Positions 1 to 12,267 of a stretch of 64,000 nt of DNA are shown here, one piece after another (within the stretch, counting starts at the first letter, position 1; every line of letters starts with the position of its first letter). Location: positions 5,828,001-5,892,000 of the forward strand of contig NW_026889778.1 of NCBI RefSeq assembly GCF_033153115.1, written 5' to 3'. The notes under the pieces are model-generated. The model saw only the letters and a program-made list of their open reading frames with translations. It was not told where the DNA came from and did no database searches. Both the position numbers and the translations under genes were made by a program. The DNA is from Saccostrea echinata. Lineage: Eukaryota.

Positions 1-976
1 TTTCTTTCCCCCCAACACTGATTAATATTTGTATTGATGTAGTTTAATGTTGCAGAATAATCTGCCAATACCATGGAGATACATCACGCGGTGACAGATG
101 TACAAAACATACACAGACGGAATTCTCCGAGGTGGAAAATCAGGGGAGTGGGTCCCAGCATAAAACATGAGACTCAAAAACAAAACAGCTACGAATATAC
201 GTATCTTAACGATCAGGAAGTTACCAGAGTGATTCATTATCAACCAAATGGAAGGTAGAAAATTCTCATATATATATTATTCTACTTCCATCAGGCATAA
301 TTGATATAATATGCAGTAAAAGATTTGGTTATAAGGAAAAAGCATACCTAATAAACCTAAAGATTTCTCTTTGACAATTGTAATAAGAAAATGATAGTAA
401 GGAATACTTTTTAATAATCAAATTGCAACATTAGTCAGCAGAAATATGTGGAAAAGATTAAAAGTAAGTGCATGTCTGAAAGACAGACAGATCCAATGAC
501 TTTAAGGTATTAAGCTCTAGAAACATGAACACGCAGCAACTGATGCCGGTAATTAAGAAACATGAATCAGACTCCACGTTACTTTTTCATCAAATCTCAT
601 TCCCAACACTAAGACACATAAGACAATACACATACATTAATTTTTTGCATCACATCAAAATGAGGCTGGTGATGCACATACCCATTGCTTTACAAACAGA
701 AGGTCAAAACCCAGCAAGGGATTATATACTACCTTGTGGCTCTGGGCATAAAAAAAACTACAATGTACAGGGAAAAGAAAGGCACTCAGGGGAACAAAGA
801 GGAAAATAATATAAAGCTTTCTGATTATTTTCCAATTAGCTAAAAAGATCTCAATTTACTTGAATAACACTGAACACTGCTGTGAGGTAGGAAGACGCAC
901 AGGCTTGTTCTTGCTTAGGGCTCCATGTCAATATATCGCAGAACAGTATGTGCATTTCACCAAGCCATGCAAATAA

Positions 977-1358
977 GGACCCTCTATACACTAGAGGAAA
1001 ATATTTTTTGGACATTGAAAAAATTATAGTATGTAAAGGTATAAACATTGAGATTATCTATCACATTTTCAACATTGTGTGCCTTGCATTTACCCCCAGG
1101 AAAAATGTTCAAAGACAATGAAGTACTGATGAACAGAAATCACTGTTGTTTACTTAAGTGGACAAAATACCTGCAAATGAAATGTTCTATCTATTCCTCT
1201 TGGCCTATTGAAGTGTTACGAATGCTTAATTTAATAAAAATTAAGTAATAAACTGTACATTGCAGTTTATTTTCTTCTTGATCAAAGGGCAGATCACTCT
1301 TTCTGCATAAAAATACCACAAAATCAGAACTCTTTAGTGTGCAGTGTATAGAGGGCTC
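977..1358. mobile_element. Non-autonomous DNA transposon (Kolobok-like MITE)
   Basis: TIRs GGACCCTCTATACACT / AGTGTATAGAGGGCTC, flanked by ATAA and TTAA. A reverse-complement copy of the right ~95 bp occurs at ~33930-34022. Confidence 0.55.
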
Positions 1359-4300
1359 TTAAGACTCTAAACTGTAAAATTTCTTTTACTACAGAATTAT
1401 TGCCAGAGCTAGTAAACAGTTTAATGCTAATGGTGTGATATAAGCTAATTACAACTTTACAGAGTTAAGTCCCTCTATATTTCTGATATATATGATTCAG
1501 TGTTTCCCCTTTATTTCAAAGTAAAGGGTTGGAGATCAATTGTAACAGGCTACGGGTTGATCCAGGTTTATGAACAAAATCTCTGTGGACCTTACAAACT
1601 CTGTAAATTTTTTATTTCTAAGCAGCATTTTTATTAACTGAAATGGTCAATTTGGCCAAAATAACTGGTTCTTAGGGAAGATACTGATTTAATATTAAAG
1701 TTTTAGAAACCTAAAACATGTAAACTCAAGTCTGAGCAAAATTTGATTTGTAAAAATGCATCATTCATCTTCTGAAAACAAAGCAAACACCTGCATCTAC
1801 CAAGCAACATTCACTAATTTAGTCAAAGATAATGCTCAGCAGGAATAACTATCAACACCACTGACAATCATACTAATGAAGAAATTACTCCACCAAAGGA
1901 GCAGGTTGTAACCAGACTATTAGAGAGTTATACCCCTCCCCTTCCTAAAAATAAACCCTAGTAAAGGTGCTAGAGGAGTCCCAGAACCCCTGCATCATCC
2001 AGGAATCCGTACAAATCAACCCCATAGCTACAGTCCTATTTCTACCTAACATACATTATCTCTACATGTAAAATGTTGGTGTCATAATATAGGTTTTCCT
2101 TAAAGTAAATGCTTGTGTCATAAATAAATAAATGTTTTCCTCAGAGTAAATGTTCGGGGCAGGCACAGCAGAATGGCAGAGACCTTTGGTCAGGATCAAG
2201 CATGCTCTCCATTTCCCGTTACTTCTTGCAATATGTTAGAGTTTGGAAGACAATCTCTTCCGTCACAAATTACAAACAACAGTAGAGCACTGCAGCTAAA
2301 AATTAATTCTTTTTCCCAGAACAGATTATACAATCAAGTTAATGTACTGTCTCAGATAAATCCATGCATGAGGAAGAGATACATGTAGAAATAAATATAA
2401 TAAAAAAAGGTGTGCAAGTCAGTCAATATATACAAAGGTGTAACCTAGGTCAATATTTGTTTGCCAGTTAGTAAAATATACAGAGGTGTTTTATAATTCA
2501 TTATTTGTCATTTAGTCAACAATACAAATGTGTCAGCTCCTAAGTTGTTTGCCAGACAGTTCTTCATTTTATTTCTTGTTTAGTAGTATGCTTGTTAGTT
2601 TACATGTCAAACTGAGCATCTCAATTTTAAAATCACAATTTTTTGAAAAATAAAATGGGGGAAATCCCGAGATCTCCACTCCTGGTGTAGTTAAAGCGTA
2701 TGTGAATATTTGAATGTTGAAACAATCCAGATCTCCCTATTTGAGTTTGTGATTCTGTATAAGTGTCTGGTAACTATTTCTAAGCTGTACAAGCACTTAA
2801 CCCTGCTGATCGTTAGTGCCCGAATAAAACAACACTCATCAAATACTACCAACCTTTCCAAAGTTTGCAAACACATGTTTGATTCTGCCCTGTCAGCAGA
2901 CAGCCCTAAACAGAAAGATGAAACATCTTTCTCTTTGTCAGAAATGACACTATATTCTACATTTACCGGTATATAAACTGTATGTACTACATTATTCAAA
3001 ATTTGTATACATCTATTTTCAAAATTATGTGTAATCAAAATTTATCTGATAAAATGCAGAATTACAAAGACTCATTTAAATAGCGCACAAAAGAATGCAT
3101 CAAACGGGCCAATTACCCGGTAATATGGATCTCATGTTAAATAAGAACACAGAACGTAGAAAGTGTTTACCACTGAAACAGAATTTTTCAAGTACAGCAT
3201 ATTAGAATGTGAAATCTGAACCAAATTGCTACCATATTATGAACTGTGTATAGTCTATGTATTCAACTTCTCCTCATATCATACTCATTAAAATTAAGAT
3301 TATGCAGATAAAACAACATTCTATTTCTATATGTGCACCACTTTCCAATAGGCAATCAGTCTGCCAATTTATGAAGTCAATCCAACCTTCTTAGAATTCA
3401 GCAAAATCTTAAAAGATTGATGTCCATTTCCCAATTATTTCTATTTTTCTTTTTCCTCACTGAAACTTCATTAACATTGACGTTATGATATTTAAAATTT
3501 TGGGATAAAAAACTTTTTAAAATTGATATCTACATCATAAATACTCCACACTGTATGACACTGATAAGTCGAGGTTGACATTGCAATGTAACCCATCCAT
3601 CTATAGGTCATCTATCATGTACTATAAAATTAATGGTTACATCTTTAGGGAAGTTTATACTTAAATTATCCAATATCAGAATTCTTTTGTGAAATGAACA
3701 CCAAGGTGAAATGTAAGTCAAACATATGAGTGGCCTTCCATGAACTTTCAAAAATAAAAATCTTGTGTATCAGTCATTTGAAATTCCTCTTGTGTATCAG
3801 GCTCTGTAGTGTATTAAGTTTTCCTCTCTTGTGTATTGAATTTTCTTCCTTCTTGTCAAACTGTCAGTTTCCATCATAGATATCTACGATCATATTGTAC
3901 TTAAAAACTGACTGTGATTAGCTGTCAAAGATGAGCCATCAAATTTTAAGTCAATCTACAACACACTTGCTTCCTCCAATAATCAGAGGCTTGGTTTTAC
4001 AAAAGGTCTTCATTATATAAAATGGAAGTAATATATAATATATAATATATTGCACATTTTCTAGGAAGTGTTCTACTTCACCAGGAATTTGGGAAAGAAA
4101 ATAAAAATTAAAGGAAATTAAATGAACATAATTAAAATTTTGTTGATCAGTGTAAATCTGTAACAAAATCATTTATGTTAAGGTGCTACCCAGTTTAAAC
4201 CAAACCCTTAGTCTACCTAAAAAAGAAATACGATTTCATTACTTGAAACTTTATATGGTCATAAAACACACCCTATGTATTTAATAATAATAAAAAAAAT

Positions 4301-4928
4301 AAATACAGTACTTAGAAGATTTGAAACTTCCTTGTGTCAAGTACTATTGATCTGAGTATCAACTAAGTAGTTAAATCATGTTTATAGGAGAAATTACCAA
4401 TCACACTGAGACATCTCAATTACACAAGATCTATCTGATTTAAATTCAAAACACTAGTCTATGACGGGGAATTATTTTATATTAGAGCTTATTTATTAAT
4501 TGATGAATTATCTTAGACATGCATAACAATCCTTTCATTAATCATAGATTGATAACATATATTTCTTTTCTCTTTTTTTTCAAATTGGGGGGGGGGGGGG
4601 TCAGCATATTTCATGATAGACTAATCAGCGCTTCAAATGACAGACCAGAATACATCATATTACGACACTGATCGTCACGCCTGATTTGTCACATTCAACA
4701 ATGGGTAAATTAAGGTCACAATATTTATATAGGCTACAAGTGTTTATTTGCGGAAGTGATTTAAAAACCGCCAGCTGTCGACCCATCCGGTGAGTGCTCC
4801 TGACGGAAACTCCTGAAAGGCTACCGGACACCAGATAACGGAGAAGGACCCCCCAACAGGTCGACCCAGACTCGAGATAAATTGGCATTTATCCTGTTTG
4901 TCAACAATGCGTAAAATTCATAACTTAC

Positions 4929-4995
4929 CTCTAGCCTGATTTTCAAATTCCAAGAGAATTTCCTTTTCTTTCTTTGGTTTCTTTTCCGAAGACAT
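4929..4995 (-). CDS. SRGAP: First coding exon of SLIT-ROBO Rho GTPase-activating protein (srGAP, F-BAR N-terminus); rest of the gene presumably left of the window
   Basis: ATG at 4995; 67-nt exon MSSEKKPKKEKEILLEFENQAR+G ending at a phase-1 G|GTAAGT donor. It resembles the vertebrate srGAP N-termini as I recall them (MSSQTKFKKDKEIIAEYEAQIKE / MTSPAKFKKDKEIIAEYDTQVKE). No second exon was recognised in 1-4900. Confidence 0.8.
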
Positions 4996-5446
4996 TGTGT
5001 GAAACTCAAACAATATTCCCGAAAATACTAAAACCGCTGTTCACGAATCGGTCTGCATCTTCCTCTGTCTGTGTATTGCATATCGGATCTGCACATCTCG
5101 TAATCGAAGACGAGACATCACGAGATTTCACTAGCAAAGTACTAGACTGGTACCCTGACATTGGTTAACGGGCGCAAGCGCCCTGAAAAACCAATTCCTA
5201 GCGGCAGCGACTGGAATCAAGGGCAGAGAACCAGTGCTAGCAAAGTACTCGCTTAACTACAAGTTCCAAGTGACCAATCAGATATCGGATCAGGAAATTG
5301 TTTTTAATTTTAAGCCAATCATAGACATCGTGACAAGTGTAAATATAGAAACCACATGTAGCTGTCAGACGCCATTCAGATACCAAAGAGGGAGCATCGT
5401 TTTATAGTAGAGTATCCATATTTTGTGTAGAACTGAACCTACAAAA
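4996..5446. promoter_or_regulatory. Putative bidirectional promoter and 5' UTRs shared by srGAP and FAM72
   Basis: 451 bp between divergent ATGs; CpG-richer than the flanks. CCAAT/ATTGG boxes at 5160, 5191, 5274 and 5315; palindrome GGGCGCAAGCGCCC at 5170-5183. Confidence 0.65.
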
Positions 5447-8400
5447 ATGTCTGACAAGTCTCCTATACATCCTCAATTCCAGTCTAAAGAGGTTTTCTTT
5501 TTGGACTGCAAAATCTGTGAAAATACCGTCTGCCGCCGAGCAATGGAATCGGTTTTAGTGGCTGACTCGGATACAAGGTTATTTTCAACAGACTGTCCTG
5601 AGAAAAGGTTTGAATGATATTTTTCACACAGGAGTTAGAGTGGAGTTAGAGTGTTTAGCCAAAGATTGAAAAAGACCCTTTTTAATTACATCAGTAATTG
5701 TTGCTGAAAACTTGTCTAATTCAATTCATTAATATTCATTGATATATGATTAAATTCAAAACTTGGAGGAATCTCCTGCTATAAATGCGTATTTTTCATT
5801 TACTCTATTTGTTTACAGCTGTGTTGCCTTGACAGGTGAAAGGTTTGAGACAGACACCTGTAACTGTCAGCTGGAGAATGTGGCCTGCACTCAATGGTAA
5901 GGCTTGGAAATCCAACAGGTTTTACATCTCCCACCACTGGTGATTCCATGGCCAGGGTAATCTCAGAGAGATCCATAGAGAGTAAAAATTTTGGTTTGGT
6001 GTCTCTACGGATCTCAGACCAGTGTCATTTAATCTATTCAGGGTTTTGTGCCCGGACTTCGACCGCTTGTTTCGATTAATATGGACTGAAATGAATTAGC
6101 TGTCCACTTCAACTTTTTGCTTTGGACATCCTTTTAATTCCTTATCACCATAAAACTTTCGTTTCTTACTTCTGAAAGGTTTAAATCCATCAAAATGTAA
6201 AGTTGTTGATTTTTCATAGCAATAAACTATTAGTTTAAACCTCCGATGCCAAGAGTTCCAGCAATAGTCTGCTTCAAATACTTCGACCTACTACTATTTC
6301 CTATAGAAATGAACCATAGTACGAAGTATTTGAAGCAGACTATTGCTGGAACTCTTCAGCATCTGAGGTTTAAACGAATAGCTTATTGGTATGAAAAATC
6401 AACAACTTTATATTTTGATGGATTTAAACCTTTCTGAGGTAAGAAACGAAAGTTTTATGGTGATAGCAGGGCTCGACATTAACTTTTTTCCTACTTGTCC
6501 ATTCGAACAAGTGACCAAGACATTTACTTGTCCGAACTTCAACTTCACTTATCCGAAAATTTTTCAATAAAGATCTAAAACTGTCAAATTGAAAAATGAA
6601 AACTAAAATAAAGTCCATTACACATGACATGTGCTTGATTTATTCGTGATGTTATTGATAAATACAACAAACACATAAAACGAAATTTTATCTGACAACA
6701 AGTGAACCTGTCAACATCAAACAGAATCCAAACTTTGTAAAGTTCGTAAGTTCTATGCCTTTTCAGTAGTATGCAATTAGTGAACTTTGATCCCGATTGA
6801 ATGTGAATCGAAGTCCGGTTTTTATGTACAGCTTCTGTCTTGAAACTACCGATTAACTTTCAACAGTCGTTCTTTTTATTATTTAGAGACTCCTTTACAT
6901 TAAAATGCACTTGTCCAATCGGACAAGTGCCCAGCAATATTCACTTGTCCATAATTTTTTTTCACTGGTACCAGACATGTGGACAAGCGTTAATGTCAAG
7001 CCCTGGATAGGGAATTAAAAGGATGTCCAGAGCAAAAAGTTGAAGCAGACAGCTAATTCATTTCAGCCTGTATTAATCAAAACAAGCTGTCGAAGTCCGG
7101 GCACAAAACCCCGAATGAGATTATGTGACACTGGTCTGAGATCTGTAGAGACACCAGACCAAATTTTTTAGTCTCTACGGATCTCACAGAGATTACGGCC
7201 AGGGGTCTGCATTTTTTTCCCAGTTCATGATTCATTTTGTGTATATGATTGATTAATTTGGGGGGAGATTAAGCTTGTCTTGATATTTGGACTGATACAT
7301 TTGGTGAAAGAGTCAATCCAAATATTAAGCAAAGCGAAATCTCAGCTGAGTTTAAGCAATTATCAGATTTATCACATTATGTTATCTTCATTTTTTTCAA
7401 TTTTATGTTTTGTAAAATTGATAGTCTATTAGTAGACACTACGTAATCGGTAATATCGCTGTAGTCTCACTAAATCTCAGCAGAGGTACTACAAACTCTT
7501 CGGGTATTATAATTTGCAGAACACCGGAAAATAAAAGGTTCTGATCAGAACTCATTTGTGTGTGTGGGGGGGGGGGGGGGGGGGGGGGGTTGAGTATCAC
7601 CTGGACAAGTGCAGTGAAATACAGGAGCTTTGTTTGAGATTAAAACAAATATTTTTATTTTTGTTTACAGTGGCAATGTGGTTGGTTATAATGTGAGACT
7701 GCCCTGTAAAACCTGTTTACAGTCCTGTAATAATGGCCACCTGTGGATGTTTTACACAGACAAGATATCACCATATGAGAGATTTGAAAAGAAAGGTATG
7801 CTGGTCAGATAAACAAATAAACTACAATTTATTTCTGCAGTGCACATATAGCAGATTAAAATTTTCATATTTATATAACAGTGTTATTCTATAAATGCAC
7901 TATGCCAAAAAATAGTCAGGGTTTGACACATGTTTCACAAGTTGGAGGGGAGTACACTGTGTGTCAAACCCTGACTACTACTGTATAAGCACAAATTTTC
8001 GTGAGGATAAAATTTCGTTGATTTGTCCTCTAAAAAGGTTTCTTGGGCATTTAATTTCGTTGTTTCGAAAGTAACCCTATTCAATATATAGAGGATATTC
8101 AATGTTTTGTAGATGAATATGGAATTTATTTCACGAGTGGGACAGGATTTTTTGATATTTTCACGAGTGCGAAGCACGAGTGAAAATATCAAAAATCCTG
8201 TCTCACGAGTGAAATAAATTCCATATTCATCTACAAAACATTGAATTTTCTGTTTATTACATTTTCTTTGATTTTCCCTTTGCCTCTGTCTTTTCTTAAC
8301 ACAGTGTCATAGCTAGGCTTGACGTCATAGTTGAGCGGTTGAGAAGTCATAGCTTAGCAGTTGTGAGATTGAAAACATTACATAGCATGGATTTTAGCAA

Positions 8401-9779
8401 CATATTTGGGAAGAAAATTGCAGTTTTAGCTCTATCAAGATGTTTAGTTACTATCTTTATCTTATGATAGGGCAGAAATTATTTTTTACTTAATTTGATA
8501 TCCTTTCACACTGTGAGAGAATATCATTTTGGTATTCTTTCACACTGTAAGAGAATATCACTTTTATTCAATAAATAAATCACAGTATTTCACTGTTGAA
8601 AATGTAATAAATAGTCATATAAAAATTTCGAGTGGGATTTAATTTTGTTGATAACTGTTAGAAACGAAATAAAAGAAATTTAATCCCCAACGAATATCTC
8701 TGCTTTTACAGTATTTCAGCATAGTGTGTGATAAATTATCCCACATTTCCAACTATCGTTGATGTCTCAGGCCCACCCAACAAATTAAACAGTGATTTCT
8801 TATATTTATATGTGAAATAAAAGAGTAAATATAAATAAAAAATGCTGTTTGATAGTTTTAAAATACACGAGACATACCATGTTAATTTCCATAGTTCCTG
8901 CCCACTGATGTCCGACACAAAGACAGCTGTGAGAGATTGACATGCATATTAGGCACACTAGACCATTTACATTCAGTTGTAATTATCAAGAAATCAACAC
9001 ACCTAACTTTCTAAGAGTTATCAAGAAAATAGTTGGAAATGTAAATATTTAAAAATATATTCCTCAATGTAATGTGTTTGCTTACACTTTATAAAACCTT
9101 TATATACTTTGCAAAAATAATTGGGTATTGATTATATAGAGACAAACTGACAAGAAGCATAATAATTTGTATTCAAAGATAAAAATTATAAAGTTGCAGA
9201 GAAATTTTGGCGTATAATTTTCAGGATTTTTGTCCCAATGGAATTGGAATTCTCAAGTTGATGATCATCATCAAAAAAGAAAATTATAAATAAATAAAAA
9301 ATAAGAATTGTACTCACTGTGCTAATACTTAAAAAAAAATTAGTATCAGAAATACTTACCTACTTAGTCCTCTTTGTGCTGGTCAGCACATAAGGCCGTC
9401 AGCAGAGACGTCCATGCTGGTCCATCTCTGGACTTGTCCCCATGTCCAGATGTTCTCTTTCATTTCTTTTTCCACTGATCTTTTCCAGGTCTCTTTTGGT
9501 CTTCCTCTCTTTTCAGAAATAGCCCTCTAATATTTTACACATACAGCTACTAAGTTTTAGCTATGTATATAACTCTCCATATCAGATCTCTGTATTATGA
9601 AATTGCAAAAAATTGTAGAAATTAAAAAGTAAAATAAGTAAAATTTTAAGTGAATACTTCAAGCGAGATCACCCTGTTATGATACTATTGCAGGAGATGA
9701 AATTTTGCTGTGGGGGAACATTCCCAAAGCCTCCCATGACCACTCTCTCGATTTCCTCATCGATGAATGTCTTCGTTAG
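5447..9779 (+). CDS. FAM72: Protein FAM72 (149 aa), 4 exons: 5447-5607, 5819-5896, 7671-7795, 9694-9779
   Basis: All introns are GT-AG with compatible phases; exon total is 450 nt. Translation MSDKSPIHPQFQSKEVFFLDCKICENTVCRRAMESVLVADSDTRLFSTDCPEKSCVALTGERFETDTCNCQLENVACTQCGNVVGYNVRLPCKTCLQSCNNGHLWMFYTDKISPYERFEKKGDEILLWGNIPKASHDHSLDFLIDECLR has the FAM72 hallmarks LFSTD, CxxCGNxVGY, PCxxCLxSCNNGHxWMF, LLWGN and ECxR end. Confidence 0.95.
5957..7196. mobile_element. Palindromic (foldback) MITE in FAM72 intron 2
   Basis: Termini GTAATCTC/GAGATTAC; arms of ~330 bp are inverted copies; 7-bp TSD GGCCAGG (5950-5956, 7197-7203). The right arm is interrupted by a nested element. Confidence 0.8.
6467..7005. 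mobile_element. Nested hAT-like MITE with 5-bp TSD
   Basis: TIR CAGGGCTCGACATTAAC / GTTAATGTCAAGCCCTG; TSD GATAG (6462-6466, 7006-7010). The empty site can be read from the left arm of the host palindrome. Confidence 0.8.
7981..8711. mobile_element. Tc1/mariner-type MITE in FAM72 intron 3
   Basis: TA-flanked imperfect TIRs CTGTATAAGCACAAATTTTCGT / ACGAATATCTCTGCTTTTACAG; contains a nested hairpin element. Confidence 0.65.
8087..8612. mobile_element. Non-autonomous hairpin element with split inverted repeats (Crypton/DIRS-like architecture)
   Basis: ~75-bp-arm hairpin (8097-8247) with a GCGAAGC apex. It is followed by TTTATTACATTTT, complementary to the right end AAAATGTAATAAA (8599-8611). 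Confidence 0.6.
9354..9512 (-). mobile_element. 3' fragment of RTE-clade LINE
   Basis: Minus strand encodes KRGRPKETWKRSVEKEMKE, with a (TAAG)-like tail; flanking direct repeat TCAGAAATA. Confidence 0.6.
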
Positions 9780-10719
9780 ATCATTCAGCCACAATGTACA
9801 GAGAGACAACAATCCCAGCAGTTTGTGTGATACATTTATTTTGTAAACATTTTGTCCATTTTATGTTACTTTGGAAAAAAGTGCTCAAATTGTGCCATCC
9901 AACTGGAAATAATACTATGTTATGTACAGAATAGTTTTTGTCCATGTGTCAGACATTGTTAACTGTAACTAGGCATTTGTTTTTTTTTTCAAATTGTGCT
10001 GATAGACTTGTGCAATAGCCGAGATTAAATGTAATTTCTGTCTCGTTAAAATGTGTAAAATCAACTCGTTCATGTTGGTGTCTTGACACACTGACAAAGT
10101 TAATGAAGGGCTTTAATGTTGATGTAGATGACATCTGAATGATTTACAAAATCTGTGATATTATAAACATTCATTTCCTACTGGTAGAGGATTTATTGTG
10201 CTTTATTTGCTCACAGGAGGTGAGACTTTATTTACAGATGTATACAGTTGATATGATTCCATTGTAAGCTTGTTTTACAAGCAATAGTATCTACATTTCA
10301 TGTCAAATATTAATCACAATATTATTGTTCTGTTTTTGTTAAACAATCTGGTTCATTGAATTAAATTTATAAAAGGAAGCTAAAGGACTTTTTGTCATTT
10401 TTAGCGCTACTTGTCACAGACAACAATTAACAATTCTTCAGAAGTACATGTACTCGTCTTATAGTTTTTGAACCTGATCCAGAGTAGAAGACACTGTGAT
10501 ACATTATTTTGTGTGTATTAGTTATTTATTTCCATTATCGGTGCTGCCATGGTTACCAAAGGTAGAGTGATCAGTGGAATTCTTTTAAATGCCTTCTATG
10601 TTCACATTTCAACAAGTTGGCTATACCAAGACACAAAACTCTGTCATGATTTTTTTTTTTTCAATTCAGTGAACAGTGTTTCTATGTTCATAGCATGAAT
10701 TCCCCTTTCTTGTTTGTAG

Positions 10720-11053
10720 AGTAACAGGAAAGGAGAAAATGTATGGCTGGACCGGGAATCGAACCCGGGACCCGGGACTCACTAGTCGGGTGCTCTACCG
10801 ACTGAGCTACCCAGGCTGATATCCACGGCCCAAACCATTACATTCCTCCCTAATAAATTGTCTTCAAAACCCAAGTTCTTATTTGCCCCTGGGAGGACTT
10901 TCACCTGCAAGTCCAGGGATGGTCAATGGCACCAAATCTGTAACAGGAAAGGAGAAAATGTATTGCTGGACTGGGAATTGAACCTGGGACCCCTGCATCA
11001 GTGCTCTTCCGACTGAGCTACACAGTCCGATATCCATGACCCAATCCAATACA
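10720..11053 (-). mobile_element. Helenus-type TRIM (non-autonomous LTR element with tRNA-derived LTRs)
   Basis: Two ~115-125 bp LTRs with a tRNA-Thr(AGT)-like A/B-box core; PBS TGGTGCCATTGACC after the 5' LTR; PPT AGGGAGGAA before the 3' LTR; 4-bp TSD GTAG (10716-10719, 11054-11057). Confidence 0.75.
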
Positions 11054-11313
11054 GTAGGATTTTTTTAATGGGTATCTGATAGAAGAAAACTCTACAACAT
11101 ACTCTCAGGAATGAGATAGTTATCCCTGAATTCCACAGCTTTACTTTAAGATAGGGTATTGAATAATCCTCTGCCTTTATACCTTAGTGACATTACATTT
11201 GTATAATTAAAGTTACAATTTGAAGATTCTGAATGCAGGAAATGAAGTGCCTTATTTCACTTTCATAATTATTTTGAATGGCTTTGGACGATCATAGTTG
11301 ATTCCATACATAT

Positions 11314-11680
11314 TGTGGCGGTCAGGCAGGTTCAATCGCCATTGGCTAGATAGCTTAGTTAGTAGACCACCTGACTAGTGATTCAGGGGGCCTAGGTTCA
11401 AATCCTGGTCTGGTCTGTTGCATTTTTCTCCTTCCCTGTTACTTTCAGTTCAGTGCCATGCTCTGGGAGGGACATGTGAAAGCCCTGCCAGGAAAGAACC
11501 TGGATTGATGTCTTTGAAGGCAAACACCTTTAAGGATGGAGGAATTAATGAGGTGGTCAGGCAGGTCTGATTGCTGGTGGTCGGTGATAACTTAATTGGT
11601 AGAGCAACTGACTTTTAGATTCAGGGGGCCTGGGTTCGAATCCTGATGTGGTCGGTCGCCTTTTCTCCTTCCCTGTTACA
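11314..11680 (+). mobile_element. Second Helenus-type TRIM
   Basis: TG...CA termini; two LTRs with tRNA-like cores ending TTCTCCTTCCCTGTTAC(A); purine tract GGATGGAGGAA before the 3' LTR; 4-bp TSD ATAT (11310-11313, 11681-11684). Confidence 0.72.
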
Positions 11681-12267
11681 ATATCTGAATGTGTGCACAT
11701 TACATAAATGGTTACAGTATCTTTGTTTGCTCCTTGAATTCTAAAATATCAAATAATTCATGCATGTTAAAATCACTGAAGAGGTTTTAGCCAAAGTCTT
11801 AAACGTTTTACATTTTCACCTCCAGAACTACTGGGCCAGTTTTAACTAAACTTGCCACAAAGCATCCGTGGGTGAAGGGGGTTCAAGTTTTTATCAAATG
11901 AAGGGTAAATGCTCTCTTTCAAGGGGAGATAATTAAGATTTTGTTACCTCCATAATTCATATTTCAAAAATCCTCTCAAGAATGGAGTCACGTGACTCAG
12001 AGGAGTAAAGACGTGTTTTTCTACCCTCTGTGTTCTTTTGACATTTTTCTGGAATTTCTGTGAAAATTTCAGTCACTCTTGGATTCTTCTCAAATATAGT
12101 GATATTTATTCTTAGGATATATGATACAGTGATATTTCAATGTTTTTGGATGTAGATATTTAGTGAATACTGTGAATGCTTTGTTAACACTGGGTGTGAG
12201 TATCTACTCACTCACTGTACGGAGATTTAATTCCTATTGTCATTGTGTGCTCTACAGTCAATAAAAA

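Noticed and set aside
22-4888. Short ORFs in the srGAP first intron
   Set aside because: No domain similarity or convincing splice-flanked exon matching srGAP exon 2.
10745-10817. tRNA-Thr(AGT) gene on the minus strand (and similar sequences at ~10965, ~11345, ~11580)
   Set aside because: They lie inside paired LTRs with PBS, PPT and TSD and have degenerate stems; transposon-borne, not bona fide tRNA genes.
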